A stretch of 64,000 nucleotides of DNA from Syntrophorhabdaceae bacterium (GTDB taxonomy: Bacteria > Desulfobacterota > Syntrophorhabdia > Syntrophorhabdales > Syntrophorhabdaceae), in NCBI GenBank assembly GCA_963665295.1, contig OY762209.1:640001-704000 (forward strand), given 5' to 3'. Both the position numbers and the translations under genes were made by a program. Positions 1 through 10,366 of the stretch are shown here, in pieces; the first letter of the stretch is position 1; each line of letters starts with the position of its first letter. The notes under the pieces are model-generated. The model was not told the origin of the DNA. It ran no database searches and saw nothing but the letters and a program-made list of their open reading frames with translations.

Positions 1-792
1 ATAGCCGCTGCAAACGCCTTGAGCGACATCTATGCCATGGGCGCCGTACCCGTAACAGCCCTCAATATCGTCTGTTTTTCCCCACAGAAATTCGACCTCT
101 CCGTATTACGGGAGATTCTGCGGGGAGGAATCGACAAGATAGAAGAATCGGGAACAAGCCTCCTTGGCGGGCACAGCGTTGTGGACGAAGAGATCAAATA
201 CGGCCTTTCCGTAACAGGCCTCGTCCATCCGGACAGGATTGTGAGGAATGAGGGCGCGCAACCGGGTGATGTCCTTGTCCTCACCAAGCCTCTCGGTACG
301 GGCATTTTGACGACGGCCATGAAAAGCAATCTGGTTTCGCCCGGGGCGGAGCGGCGTTTGATCACGGTTATGGCCGCCCTCAATCGCCGGGCGTCGGAAA
401 TCATGCTCTCCGTCGGCGCCCACGCCGCAACCGATGTCACCGGGTTCGGCCTGGCAGGTCATCTCAAGGAAATGATAAAGGAAGACCTCGGGGTAGAGAT
501 CTACGCCTCCGGACTCCCCTATTTCCCTGAGGCAAGAGAACTGGCTGCCAAAGGGATTCTCCCGAGTGGCTTTTACAGAAACAGGGATTTCTATGGTCCC
601 TTTGTAGAGGCGGAAATAGAGGGGTTTCCCTTCGACGTCATCTTTGATCCCCAATCGTCAGGCGGCTTATTGATCGCCCTGAAGGAAGAGGACATGGGCT
701 GCTTCAGGGAAGAGGCATGGCGGGCCTCTCTGGACCATTGGTTGATAGGGCGCTTTGTTGACGAACCAAGGGGGAAGATATGCGTCAAATAA
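1..792 (+). CDS. selD: Selenide, water dikinase (selenophosphate synthetase), 5'-truncated by window
   Basis: Frame is open from base 1: IAAANALSDIYAMG, GGHSV..EIKYGLSVTG, LTKPLGTG, ATDVTGFGLAGH, DPQSSGGLL are SelD/PurM-fold motifs. Confidence 0.95.
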   Translation: MAAANALSDIYAMGAVPVTALNIVCFSPQKFDLSVLREILRGGIDKIEESGTSLLGGHSVVDEEIKYGLSVTGLVHPDRIVRNEGAQPGDVLVLTKPLGTGILTTAMKSNLVSPGAERRLITVMAALNRRASEIMLSVGAHAATDVTGFGLAGHLKEMIKEDLGVEIYASGLPYFPEARELAAKGILPSGFYRNRDFYGPFVEAEIEGFPFDVIFDPQSSGGLLIALKEEDMGCFREEAWRASLDHWLIGRFVDEPRGKICVK

Positions 793-859
793 TGCTGCCC
801 GCAGTCCCATCCGGGACCCGGGAGCACCGAGGACCCATTGTCGCAAGGGGAAAACAGGC

Positions 860-1168
860 ATGAAACCATTTGAGCCCCAAATTATCGTTTTTTTACGGTG
901 AGTATTGCAGTTATGCAGGCGCCGACGGAGTCTCCGTTTTCGGGTGCCTGGAGGGAAACTGCCATTTCGAGGCAGGCAATCCGAGGGCGAAGAAACGGGT
1001 GGAACACCTCTGCGGGTTGCGGGATGAATCGGAATGGGCGGCGGACGGGTGGGGATGTACAATATGTCCTCTGCCATGGACCTGTTGTCCGCCGAGGCCG
1101 CCCGGGAGATCACGGCAAAGGTGGGAGCCCTGGGGCCCAATCCCGCGAGACCCCACCGGCCCGGGTAG
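860..1168 (+). pseudogene. mvhD: Degenerate hydrogenase iron-sulfur (delta) subunit, MvhD/FlpD family
   Basis: Across three frames: MKPFEPQIIVF / YGEYCSYAGAD-GVSVFGCLEGNCHFEAGNPRAKKRV / GMGGGRVGMYNMSSAM..AEAAREITAKVGALGPNP; two frameshifts and loss of the central segment. Confidence 0.8.
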
Positions 1169-1237
1169 AGATGAAAGCTATCCGGCTATGGATGTCCCCG
1201 TCGCCCCCTGCCGGTTCTCCCGTCAAGAACGGATATA

Positions 1238-1537
1238 TCAGTCCGCAACCGGTCTATTGTAGTACTTGTTGCAGGCGGTGCACTCGAAATAATGCATCAT
1301 TCCACCAATATCGCCGAGGATCGGGTCCTTGTCGATCCTGAAGATCCGACCGCTGGGCGTATTACAGCACGGACACGTATCGCCTGTGCCCCTTGCATCT
1401 TCCCGTGCACCGGCTGCCTGTGCCTCAAGGGCGTGAAGTCGTGCTTCCAACTCATTCATCCACTCGGGCGCGCCCGCCGCATCTTTCCATACCGGTACCT
1501 TTTCCATAAGTTCCTTCAATTCCTTCATGTTCACCAT
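1238..1537 (-). CDS. Hypothetical protein, coiled coil plus C-terminal zinc ribbon
   Basis: 99 aa; CPCC and CTAC pairs; AAGGAG-type RBS upstream. Confidence 0.65.
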   Translation of the reverse strand: MVNMKELKELMEKVPVWKDAAGAPEWMNELEARLHALEAQAAGAREDARGTGDTCPCCNTPSGRIFRIDKDPILGDIGGMMHYFECTACNKYYNRPVAD

Positions 1538-1727
1538 ACGGCTACCATCTCCTCCTTATTACCAAAAATAGGCAAAACCCCCGCCACTGTGTTAATCTCA
1601 ACCAGGGCAAGCAGATTCTTTCACGGGCGCAGTGTTTTGTCAACCCCTCTTCGCCCGGGTCCTTATCGCTCCCCGCTCGCCGACTCCTTCCGTTCTTCCG
1701 CCGAAAAACCTACGGGAACCCCTTAAA

Positions 1728-2057
1728 TCAAACCTCGTGGAAGGCGACGTTGACTTCGTAGCGATAGATTTTCCCCAGTTCGTCAACCTTGTAGCGTGAA
1801 TCGGAACGGCGATTCAACGTATCCTTTGCCTGGAGAGCCTCCTTCAGTTCGCTTATCCCCTTGCCTTTCTCGATCGCCGCGTCCTGCATCTCGACTAACC
1901 GCATCCCGGCATCGACCAAAGAAGTCACCAAATCTTCGAGTTTCAGGTCCAGCTCTGCTCCCGAAAGGGATGGCCGGCTTTCCTTTAATGATTTTGCAAT
2001 GTCCGCAGCAGCTTTTATGCTCCCCCGGGCTGTCGTGATCGTGGCCAATTCAGACAT
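1728..2057 (-). CDS. Hypothetical helical/coiled-coil protein
   Basis: 109 aa ORF with AGGAGG RBS; amphipathic helical pattern. Confidence 0.6.
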   Translation of the reverse strand: MSELATITTARGSIKAAADIAKSLKESRPSLSGAELDLKLEDLVTSLVDAGMRLVEMQDAAIEKGKGISELKEALQAKDTLNRRSDSRYKVDELGKIYRYEVNVAFHEV

Positions 2058-2335
2058 TCTACCTCCTGGAAATTAAAAGTCTTTACGTGCTATGCCTTTG
2101 TTAACGCATTAGTATACCATGGGGCGGCAAAACCGGGCGTACCATAATAATGAGTATTTAATGCGTAGACCATGTACGTACTAACCGTTTACTAAGTTCC
2201 CGACAAGGGCTTCGAGGCCAAGGTCTTCCCATCGGCAAGAAAGGTTGGACTCCTCCCGGGTGGACCGCCCGCGTCAATCCGGGGGCCCGGACAAATCCAG
2301 TCGCTTCATGGAAGCATACCGATGAAGGCTCCTCC

Positions 2336-3403
2336 TCAATATGTATGGAACATCCTCTGAATTTCTTTGGTATTCCTTGTTTTCGTGAGGGCCAGCATGA
2401 GGAGGACGCGCGCCTTTTGAGGGTTCAGCGTATCGGACGCGATAAAATCCAACTCGTCGTCATTGACCTCCCCGTTGCGGGCAACGATGCCCTGTCCGAC
2501 GCGACTCGAACGGACGATCACGGCGCCCTGCTGTCGGGCTTGTGCCAATGCCCGTTTCACCGTACCCGACAGGCTGCCGTCTCCCACACCCCCAAAGACA
2601 ATTCCTTGCGCTTTTCCGGCTACAAAAGCATCGATGGCAAGGCGGTTCATGTTTACATAGCCGTAAGCGATGTCAACCTGCGGCAAGATGTCCAGTTGCA
2701 TGATGTCGAATTCGGAATCCGTGGTATGTGCCCGCGTAGACTGTCGATAGAAGACGGGCTTGCCTCCCTGTATGTAGCCAAGCAGCCCGAGTTCTGCCGC
2801 CTTGAACGTGTCCGGCGTTGATGTATTTGTCTTCGTCACATCCCGGGCGCTATTGATCTGATCGTTAAGCACGACCAGTACCCCCTTACCCGCCGCCTCG
2901 CGGCTGCCTGCCACTGCGACGGCATTGTACAGGTTCATGGGCCCGTCCGCGGACATGGCCGTGGAGGGGCGCATGGCCCCGACAATGACTACCGGTTTCC
3001 TGCTTTTAACCACCAGATTGAGAAAATACGCAGTCTCCTCCAGAGTGTCCGTGCCGTGAGTGATGACCACACCATCGACGTCATGGCGGGCAAGGAGCAT
3101 ATTCACCCGTTTGGCAAGTATGAGCCAATAACGGTTGTCCATATTCTCGCTTCCGATCTGAAAGATTTGTTCACCTTTCACAAGGGCTGCCTTTTTCAAT
3201 TCCGGGACTGCGGCGATGAGCCGTTCTATGGACTCCGTCGCTGAGGTGTACCCTATCGTCGTCGCAGGCGTTGCCCCGGAACCCGCAATCGTTCCGCCGG
3301 TCGCCACGATTACCACATTAGGCAAGCATTGGGCACGCGCGAATGAAACGGCAAAGGCAAAAAGGAGTATGACGAAAAGTCTGACACGTAATGGACGTTG
3401 CAT
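2336..3403 (-). CDS. ansB: Type II (secreted) L-asparaginase / glutaminase-asparaginase
   Basis: Signal peptide; ATGGTIAG and HGTDTLEET catalytic motifs; LNPQKARVLL C-terminal motif. Confidence 0.93.
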   Translation of the reverse strand: MQRPLRVRLFVILLFAFAVSFARAQCLPNVVIVATGGTIAGSGATPATTIGYTSATESIERLIAAVPELKKAALVKGEQIFQIGSENMDNRYWLILAKRVNMLLARHDVDGVVITHGTDTLEETAYFLNLVVKSRKPVVIVGAMRPSTAMSADGPMNLYNAVAVAGSREAAGKGVLVVLNDQINSARDVTKTNTSTPDTFKAAELGLLGYIQGGKPVFYRQSTRAHTTDSEFDIMQLDILPQVDIAYGYVNMNRLAIDAFVAGKAQGIVFGGVGDGSLSGTVKRALAQARQQGAVIVRSSRVGQGIVARNGEVNDDELDFIASDTLNPQKARVLLMLALTKTRNTKEIQRMFHTY

Positions 3404-3509
3404 GCCGCCTCTCCTGGAAGGTTTTGTACTACTCTACATGGCGATTATTGTGGTGTCAAGCAAAACGCATGGGTCAAGGCATGGGATGAATTGTGAATGG
3501 CCGCCTGTT

Positions 3510-4493
3510 CTAGAAGGACGCGGTCAGGACGAGGCCCATCAAGGGGGCGGCGCTGAAACCCGTGCTGTCAATTCTTTCACCTGTTCTGTCCTCTATTCTT
3601 ACGGAACCCGCGAAAACAGCGCCTCCGTACACGCTCACAAGGAGGTGTTTTCCCAACCGGCGGGTAAGATTGAGATATCCTGTCACCGCGTTGACCTGAC
3701 CGACGCCCCCTGGTACCGGGCCGCCCTGGGAGAGACGAAAACGGCTTGACCTGTACCCCCCGCCAAGGGCGATCACCCAGCTACTTCCCATCGTGTATCC
3801 CAGTTCAAGTCCGGCAGATCCCACAGGACCTGTGCTCAGGGGGCTTGCAAGGCGAAGCCGGTCGTTGATCCTCCAGTCCATAAAGAGAGCGGGAAACGGG
3901 ACGGTTTCCTCCAGACGGTAAAGGAGGCCGACGCCAAAACCGACGGCGAGCCTTGGGTTTGGCGTGTACGTCGCTCCCAGGGCCCCGCCGTAAATGATCG
4001 ATCTGCCGAAATCAGCCCCTTCTTCCGCAGAGTACTGGACCACAGGGGCGGCGAAGAGTCCCCACTTCGGAGCAAAGCCGTATCGCATCTTTCCGTTCAC
4101 CCCTACCCTGTGCACCTTGTTCCATGGATCGGCGACTGCAAAACCGGCAAGGGGCGTAAAGTTATAGTCGTCGGATCCATGGAAGAAACCAAGGCCTATA
4201 TCGGTGTTCCCGCTTACTTTTACCGACGTCTCCGCCCCTGCCGTGCAGCTGGTAAAGGTGACATTTCCACCGCCCCTTACATGGGCTTTCGGCATGTAAA
4301 GGGACGATGCGTCGAAGGAAAACCTGAGCTTCTCCCATGTCTTCACATCGGAAGCCTTGTCGGGAACCTGTCCATAGAGGACGTTGAACCCGCCAAGACA
4401 GAGGAAGAAAACCATCGTTCCCAGGCAACGGATGCTCGGAACCCATGCTCGCGGTCTGTGCGCAGACTCCACTCGTATCTCCATTCGCGACAT
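3510..4493 (-). CDS. Outer-membrane beta-barrel protein (DUF6268-like); start may be downstream
   Basis: Hydrophobic signal region, alternating amphipathic beta strands, C-terminal Phe (TASF). Confidence 0.7.
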   Translation of the reverse strand: MSRMEIRVESAHRPRAWVPSIRCLGTMVFFLCLGGFNVLYGQVPDKASDVKTWEKLRFSFDASSLYMPKAHVRGGGNVTFTSCTAGAETSVKVSGNTDIGLGFFHGSDDYNFTPLAGFAVADPWNKVHRVGVNGKMRYGFAPKWGLFAAPVVQYSAEEGADFGRSIIYGGALGATYTPNPRLAVGFGVGLLYRLEETVPFPALFMDWRINDRLRLASPLSTGPVGSAGLELGYTMGSSWVIALGGGYRSSRFRLSQGGPVPGGVGQVNAVTGYLNLTRRLGKHLLVSVYGGAVFAGSVRIEDRTGERIDSTGFSAAPLMGLVLTASF

Positions 4494-4532
4494 TCCCGGT
4501 TTTCCCTTGTCTTCTCCCCTTGAGGGGCACGC

Positions 4533-5102
4533 CTATTCCACGGTCCTGATATCCAGGCTTGCGCCCAGACCATCCGGGGCAGTTGCCAGTATTGTGAAAG
4601 ATAACTGTCCGGTCTTGAAACCCAGTACTTCCTTGTATGCCCGACTACCTGAAAGGGGCGCCCACCTTCTGGCGTCTCTACTTATGTAGAGGGTATAATT
4701 CCTGAGGAAATCCGCCTTTTCCTCTTTGCTCATTTTGGAAAAGCTCCGGGCGTCGAGCTTGTTGAGTCTCGATAATTCGTCCGATGAAAGATTCTCAGCC
4801 ATCCTGACGAGGAAGTAGAGCTTCTGTTTGGCAACAATTTCGATTTGCTCCTCTTTGAAAGCCATGAAATCTGTCTCCATGGAAAGCTTCACAGGAATGG
4901 TCTCCCCTTCATTGACGTAGAAAACGCAATCCTTCAGATTCCCCGGTTCAGGGTAACTCCTTAACCGGCTGTAATGCGCCGTTGTTTCGGGTGAATACGC
5001 TTTCATATACACTCCGTTGCCTGCACAACCTGTAAACGATAAGACGAAGAGGGCAAAGGCCGCTACATGAATGCATACCTGTCCACACTTGATTGATTTC
5101 AT
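4533..5102 (-). CDS. Hypothetical lipoprotein
   Basis: Hydrophobic stretch ending in lipobox FTGC; AAGGAG RBS. Confidence 0.7.
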   Translation of the reverse strand: MKSIKCGQVCIHVAAFALFVLSFTGCAGNGVYMKAYSPETTAHYSRLRSYPEPGNLKDCVFYVNEGETIPVKLSMETDFMAFKEEQIEIVAKQKLYFLVRMAENLSSDELSRLNKLDARSFSKMSKEEKADFLRNYTLYISRDARRWAPLSGSRAYKEVLGFKTGQLSFTILATAPDGLGASLDIRTVE

Positions 5103-5598
5103 TGTTTTTCTCCTTTTTGGTATTGGTCAATACTTTGCTCTGCCGGAATCACCCGATCCCGAAACGGTCCGGAGACAATCGACCGGCCACTCATGTCCTA
5201 CTTTTGGGCATGTCCTCCTTCCGACATTCGGTTCATACCTCTAAAGGTATAGTTTATTATACTTCTTGTCAAGTCTAATTATCGTCCAGAGGACAAAGTG
5301 GTCATGCATGGCGTTTTTGGCAAGGGCATGAGGCGTGAGAGCGACAAGGGGTATTGTTACGGACTCACTGACCCGGTGACGATGCAGACACCCTCGTCAT
5401 GTCATTCCCTATGGTGGGAAGATGATCTCCGGTTGGCGGCCTGTTGCAACATAGGGTATTATGGGTTTTTTGAGACGTAACCCGGCCGGTCCGTTGCGAA
5501 GAAGCATGTCGGGTTGGTTCCCTATTTCCCGGTTTGAGGCGGTATTATGGGTCTTCTGTCGATAATGAGGGTTTTACCCCCGGACGGACCCCGGACTC

Positions 5599-6303
5599 CT
5601 ACCCGCCCAGATAGGCGTGGATGACTTTCTCATCATGGAGCAGGTTCAAAGATGTGTCTGCCAAGGCGATGCGCCCCGTTTCGATTACATACCCACGTTG
5701 GCTGATTTCGAGGGCCATTTGCGCGTTTTGCTCCACGAGGAGGACACTCGTGCCCTGTTTGTTTATTTCCGCAATAATGTGGAAAATCTCGCGGACCAGA
5801 ATGGGAGAGAGCCCCATCGATGGTTCATCCATCAACAGAAGCTTCGGTCTCGCCATCAACGCCCGTCCCAGAGCCAGCATTTGCTGTTCGCCTCCGGACA
5901 GGTTTCCCGCGGGAAGCTCCGACTTCTTGCGCAGCACGGGAAAGCGGGTGAAGACGGCTTCCATATCGTCTTTCAAGGTGTGGCTTTTTCCGGTAAAAGC
6001 TCCCATTTCGAGGTTTTCCCTCACTTTCAAGGTAGTGAGAATGGCCCGTCCCTCCGGAACCTGAATTATGCCGCTTCGGACAATCGTCTGCGGGGATTGG
6101 CCGGTAATATCCTTCCCTTGGTAAATGATGTTTCCCCGGGCAACCTTCAGTAAACCGGAAATCGCATTGAGGGCCGTGCTCTTACCCGCCCCGTTAGCGC
6201 CGATGAGGGCTACGATTTCACCCTCGCCTACATTGAGGGATATCCCCTGAAGCGCCTTGATGTGGCCGTAATTCACGTAAACGTCGTTAAGTTCCAGGAT
6301 CAT
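5599..6303 (-). CDS. livF: Branched-chain amino acid ABC transporter ATP-binding protein
   Basis: GANGAGKS, VPEGR, LSGGEQQM, DEPSMGL, VEQNA. Confidence 0.95.
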   Translation of the reverse strand: MILELNDVYVNYGHIKALQGISLNVGEGEIVALIGANGAGKSTALNAISGLLKVARGNIIYQGKDITGQSPQTIVRSGIIQVPEGRAILTTLKVRENLEMGAFTGKSHTLKDDMEAVFTRFPVLRKKSELPAGNLSGGEQQMLALGRALMARPKLLLMDEPSMGLSPILVREIFHIIAEINKQGTSVLLVEQNAQMALEISQRGYVIETGRIALADTSLNLLHDEKVIHAYLGG

Positions 6304-7061
6304 CGGTGCTCTTCCTTTCCCAGATAAGCCTCTATGACGAGAGGGTTGGACTTCACCTCATCCGGGGGACCAAGGGCGATCAATTCTCCAAAATTGAGTA
6401 CCGCCACCTGCACGCACACGCCCATAACGAACTTCATGTCATGCTCAATCAGGCAGATCGTATAACCACGGTTGTTGATCTGCATGATTTCGCCCATAAG
6501 TTCTTCCGTTTCCGCAGGATTCATTCCGGCCACCGGTTCGTCTACCAGAAGCAGCTTTGGTGAAGTAGCCAGCGCCCGGGCCAGTTCCAGCTTCCTTTGC
6601 TCCCCATAGGAAAGGCTGTCCGCCTGGCGCTTCGCCTTATCGGCCAGATGAAAAAGATCGAGTATCTCCATGGCCTTTTCGCGCATGGCCTTTTCTTCGC
6701 GCCCCTGTATGGGAAGGTTCAGCAACATTGCCACAGGAGAATAGGTATAAAGGCGATGCATGCCTGCGAGCACATTCTCCAGAAGAGACAGCTCCTTGAA
6801 AACCCTGATGTTCTGGAAGGTGCGCCCCATTCCCCGGGCGGCTATGGATGAAGGGGAAAGGTGGGTTATGTCGTTGCCGTTAAAGATAATCCGCCCCGCA
6901 GTAGGACGGGAAAGCCCGCTGATGATATTGAATAGCGTGGTTTTTCCGGCGCCGTTCGGGCCTATCAGGCCGAAGATCAGCCCTTCCCCGACTTGCAGGG
7001 ATAGAGAATCGAGGACCCGTAGTCCGCCGAAGTCTTTGGTTATGTTTTCCAGTCGCAGCAT
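6300..7061 (-). CDS. livG: Branched-chain amino acid ABC transporter ATP-binding protein
   Basis: GPNGAGKT, RTFQ, LSYGEQR, DEPVAGMN, IEHDM, EAYLG. Confidence 0.95.
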   Translation of the reverse strand: MLRLENITKDFGGLRVLDSLSLQVGEGLIFGLIGPNGAGKTTLFNIISGLSRPTAGRIIFNGNDITHLSPSSIAARGMGRTFQNIRVFKELSLLENVLAGMHRLYTYSPVAMLLNLPIQGREEKAMREKAMEILDLFHLADKAKRQADSLSYGEQRKLELARALATSPKLLLVDEPVAGMNPAETEELMGEIMQINNRGYTICLIEHDMKFVMGVCVQVAVLNFGELIALGPPDEVKSNPLVIEAYLGKEEHR

Positions 7062-7072
7062 TTATTCTTACG

Positions 7073-7906
7073 TTAATCCTTCTTCTTTACTGTGGTGATT
7101 CCGTTTGGCAGATAAATCACTACGAGAACCAAAATAAGGCCGTTGAGAGCCAGCCGGTAAGGCCCTATAAACCTGAGCATTTCCGGCAGAATGGTCAGGA
7201 TGGTGCTGCCGACCAGGGGCCCCCAGAACGCTCCGGTGCCGCCCAGGATGGCAAAGGTCAGTATATCTACGGCAAAGTCGAATCCATACTCCCGGGGCGA
7301 AAGAAAAAAGGTGAAATGCGCATTCAGGCCGCCGGCCACGCCTGCGATAAAAGCCCCGATAGCAAAGGCCCATACTTTGAACGAGGTCGTCTTGATGCCC
7401 ATTACCGTTGCAGCCACTTCATCTTCCCGAATGGCCTCCAGAGCCCGGCCGAAACGGGACTTCCTGAGCTTCAGGAAGAAATAGATGAGCACCCCCATTA
7501 CCGCAAGAAGATGCCAGAGCTCAGTCTTGGGCGGTACGCCGTTTAAGCCTACCGAGCCGCCGGTAATGGTCATATTCAGGAAGGCTACCCTGACCACTTC
7601 ACCAAAGCCAAGGGTGGCCATGGCCAGGTAAACGCCCGACAGCCGCAAGGTAGGCAAGCCGATGATCAGGGCTACCAGAGCCGGCAAAATGCCGCCGGCA
7701 AGCAGGGCGAGGCCGAAGGGCGCACTCAACTTCATGGTAAAGAGGGCGGCAGTGTACGCGCCAATCCCCATAAAAGCGGCATTCCCGAGCGACAACTGGC
7801 CGCAGGCGAGGGTAATGTATATGGAAAGGGCCAACATGCCATGCACAAGGATGGTATAGAAGAGGGTATTGTATGTTTGCCAGAAGGATGACAGAAATTC
7901 GCTCAT
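7073..7906 (-). CDS. livM: Branched-chain amino acid ABC transporter permease
   Basis: GQLSLGNAAFMGIGAY, LRLSGVYLAMATLGFGE, GRALEAIREDE; start moved to ATG 7906 with AAGGAG RBS. Confidence 0.93.
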   Translation of the reverse strand: MSEFLSSFWQTYNTLFYTILVHGMLALSIYITLACGQLSLGNAAFMGIGAYTAALFTMKLSAPFGLALLAGGILPALVALIIGLPTLRLSGVYLAMATLGFGEVVRVAFLNMTITGGSVGLNGVPPKTELWHLLAVMGVLIYFFLKLRKSRFGRALEAIREDEVAATVMGIKTTSFKVWAFAIGAFIAGVAGGLNAHFTFFLSPREYGFDFAVDILTFAILGGTGAFWGPLVGSTILTILPEMLRFIGPYRLALNGLILVLVVIYLPNGITTVKKKD

Positions 7907-7916
7907 GCCGTCTCCT

Positions 7917-8798
7917 TCATCCTTTCCGTTCCATGTTTGAGCCGAATATGCCGGAAGGCCTGACAAGGAGAATGATAAACAGGAGGCCGAAGGAAATGGC
8001 GTCGCGAAAATCGGAAGACAGGTAGGCGACGCTCATTATCTCCGCGAAACCCAGAATCAATCCACCCAGTACGGCGCCCCTGATATCTCCCATGCCGCCC
8101 AGAATGATGACGGCTATTCCACGGTGCATTATCGGACCACCCATGAAGGTGTGAACGGCATTGAAATTGATCCCTGTCAGCACCCCGGCAGCCCCGCCCA
8201 GAGCCGAAGCCACAAAAGCGGTAAGCTGGAAGGTGCGCTCTACGGGAATACCGAGCAAGGCGGCAGTGCGAGGGCTTTCCGCAACGGCACGGACCGCTTT
8301 GCCCCACTTCGTTCTATTCAACAGGAAGATGATGACCAGCATTAAACCGAGGGCGACGCCGATGATGATGAGCTGCAGCGAGGTGAGTTGTATCGCCCAA
8401 AAGCTGTAGGAGGTGACCGGCATGAAGTCGAAAGGAAAGCGATAGACCTCAGCGCCGAAAATGCCCTGGGAAATGTTGACGACGATGGTGGCGCACCCGA
8501 TGGTGGCAATCATCGGCGCCAGATGATGAAACGGCCTTTTTCTTAGAGGACGCACGGCAGCCAGATCTATCAGCCAGCCGAGCACGCCTGAGGCCATCAT
8601 TCCCACCAGGATCGCGGTGATCGGGCTTACGTTGAATTTTGTCACAACAATAAGACCGGCAAAAGCGCCGATCATAAAAACGGCACCGTGGGCCAGAGTT
8701 ATGACTTCCAGAACACCAAAGATCAATGTAAAGCCGAGGGCGAAAAGGGCGTACACCGCGCCCAGGCCCAAGGCATTCGCAAATTGTTGTAAAAACAC
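7917..8798 (-). CDS. livH: Branched-chain amino acid ABC transporter permease
   Basis: YALFALGFTLIFGV, GKAVRAVAE, ILGGMG, RPSGIFG. Confidence 0.93.
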   Translation of the reverse strand: MFLQQFANALGLGAVYALFALGFTLIFGVLEVITLAHGAVFMIGAFAGLIVVTKFNVSPITAILVGMMASGVLGWLIDLAAVRPLRKRPFHHLAPMIATIGCATIVVNISQGIFGAEVYRFPFDFMPVTSYSFWAIQLTSLQLIIIGVALGLMLVIIFLLNRTKWGKAVRAVAESPRTAALLGIPVERTFQLTAFVASALGGAAGVLTGINFNAVHTFMGGPIMHRGIAVIILGGMGDIRGAVLGGLILGFAEIMSVAYLSSDFRDAISFGLLFIILLVRPSGIFGSNMERKG

Positions 8799-8853
8799 TC
8801 TTTCCGCCTCGCTAAGCCAGAATAGTCGGGAATACCACGCTTATCAAATGGAA

Positions 8854-9990
8854 CTACTCGGCAAAAATGGCAAACTTGCCTTTATCTATGGTCAGCACGC
8901 GTCCCTTCTGTTCGGCGTCGCGGTGTTCGTTGAAGGAGAAGGGACCGCCTACGCCTTTAAAATTCTTCACCTTAGCCAGGGCATCACGGAGGGCCGTTCT
9001 GTCTTTTTCCAGATTGCCGGACATCTTTACAGCCTTGATCCCTTCCGCCATGATATAGAGGGCATCATAGGACTGAGCGGCGAACTGATCCGGAGCCACG
9101 CCGTATTTCTTGGTATAGGCTTTGACAAAAGCCTTGTTTTTGGGACTTGGATCATCCAGGAACCACGGACTGCCGCTCAAGGAACCTTCCGCGGCCTTGC
9201 CGGCAATTTGGATAAGCTTTGCCGTGTTAAAACCATTGCCGCCGATAAATCTCACCTTCTCCGGCAGCCCCAGTTTTCTGGCCTGCAGGATGATATTCGA
9301 AGCCTCTTCTACAAGGGCCGCGCAGACAACGGCATCGGGGTTGAGGCTTTTGATCTTGGTAAGCTGGGCCGAAAAATCGATGTCTCCCTTGGCAAAGGTC
9401 TGTATTGTCACTACCTGCAACTTTTCCGCATTGACGGCTCTTAAGAAGATTTCATGGCTTGACTTGGTCATGGAATCGTCATTGCCATAGATAAGGGCGA
9501 CTTTCTTCAGTCCCAGTTTTTTTGTCGCCACCTTGATGACTATGGGAAGAATGTCCGCTTCCGCTATGGAATTACGGAAAACATAAGGGCCGATGGCGGT
9601 AATGCCCTCCGCCGTGTTGGAGGTGCCGAAGACGACTGTCTTCTGGGCATTGGCAAATGGATCGGAGGCAAAAGCCGAGTTGGAAAGAGTCGGGCCGAAG
9701 ATGGCCAGTACTTTGTCCTGGAAGATGAATTTTTTGAAGACGTTGATCGCTTCTTCCTTCTTTGCCTGTTCATCCTCTATAACGAGGGCGATCTTGTTCC
9801 CGTTTATACCGCCCGCCGCATTGATCTCATCGGCGGCGAGGACAAAACCGTTTTTAATGGGCACGCCATACTTGGCGACAGGCCCTGTCAAAGCCTCGGC
9901 AACGCCGATCTTGATTTCCGCAGCCTGGACCGTGAAAGCCAGAGATACTACGAGCGCAACAAAAAGAGTGATTTTTACAAGTGACTTCAT
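8854..9990 (-). CDS. livK: Branched-chain amino acid ABC transporter substrate-binding protein
   Basis: Signal peptide; IKIGV..ALTG, EINAAGGING, DFSAQLTKIK; first gene of the liv operon. Confidence 0.9.
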   Translation of the reverse strand: MKSLVKITLFVALVVSLAFTVQAAEIKIGVAEALTGPVAKYGVPIKNGFVLAADEINAAGGINGNKIALVIEDEQAKKEEAINVFKKFIFQDKVLAIFGPTLSNSAFASDPFANAQKTVVFGTSNTAEGITAIGPYVFRNSIAEADILPIVIKVATKKLGLKKVALIYGNDDSMTKSSHEIFLRAVNAEKLQVVTIQTFAKGDIDFSAQLTKIKSLNPDAVVCAALVEEASNIILQARKLGLPEKVRFIGGNGFNTAKLIQIAGKAAEGSLSGSPWFLDDPSPKNKAFVKAYTKKYGVAPDQFAAQSYDALYIMAEGIKAVKMSGNLEKDRTALRDALAKVKNFKGVGGPFSFNEHRDAEQKGRVLTIDKGKFAIFAE

Positions 9991-10298
9991 CCGTTCCCTC
10001 CTGGGTACTTATTTAGAATGTTGTTAACCCGAATGAGTCGGCAAGTCAAGGATTTTTTGTGACTTTTTTCACTGCCGACGGATTACGATAACCATTCCCC
10101 TCCGCCATTTATAAGTCCCGTGCCCGGGGAAGAGGATCTCCAATCAACGCGCATGGTTCCAATGCCGCGTCCCCGCTCCATCCTGTCCTGGTTTTCATAC
10201 GTTCCCCGGCCCTCATAAGGCTAAGGAAGCCGCCGGAATCGCCCCATGACCCCGCGGGGACGCTCCGCTCGACCACGACTTCCCGACAACATTTTCTT

Positions 10299-10326
10299 TT
10301 GACGGAAGTGGGTGCCGGGGTATAAT
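10299..10326 (+). promoter_or_regulatory. Sigma70-like promoter of the decarboxylase gene
   Basis: TTGACG-N16-TATAAT about 40 nt upstream of the GGAGG RBS and ATG 10367. Confidence 0.6.
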
Positions 10327-10366
10327 AGAAAGACAGAAATTGAACAAAAGCGGGAGGTGGTGGACC

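Noticed and set aside
899..901. Selenocysteine readthrough of the in-frame TGA in the mvhD relic
   Set aside because: MvhD similarity continues in a different frame, so it is a frameshift rather than recoding
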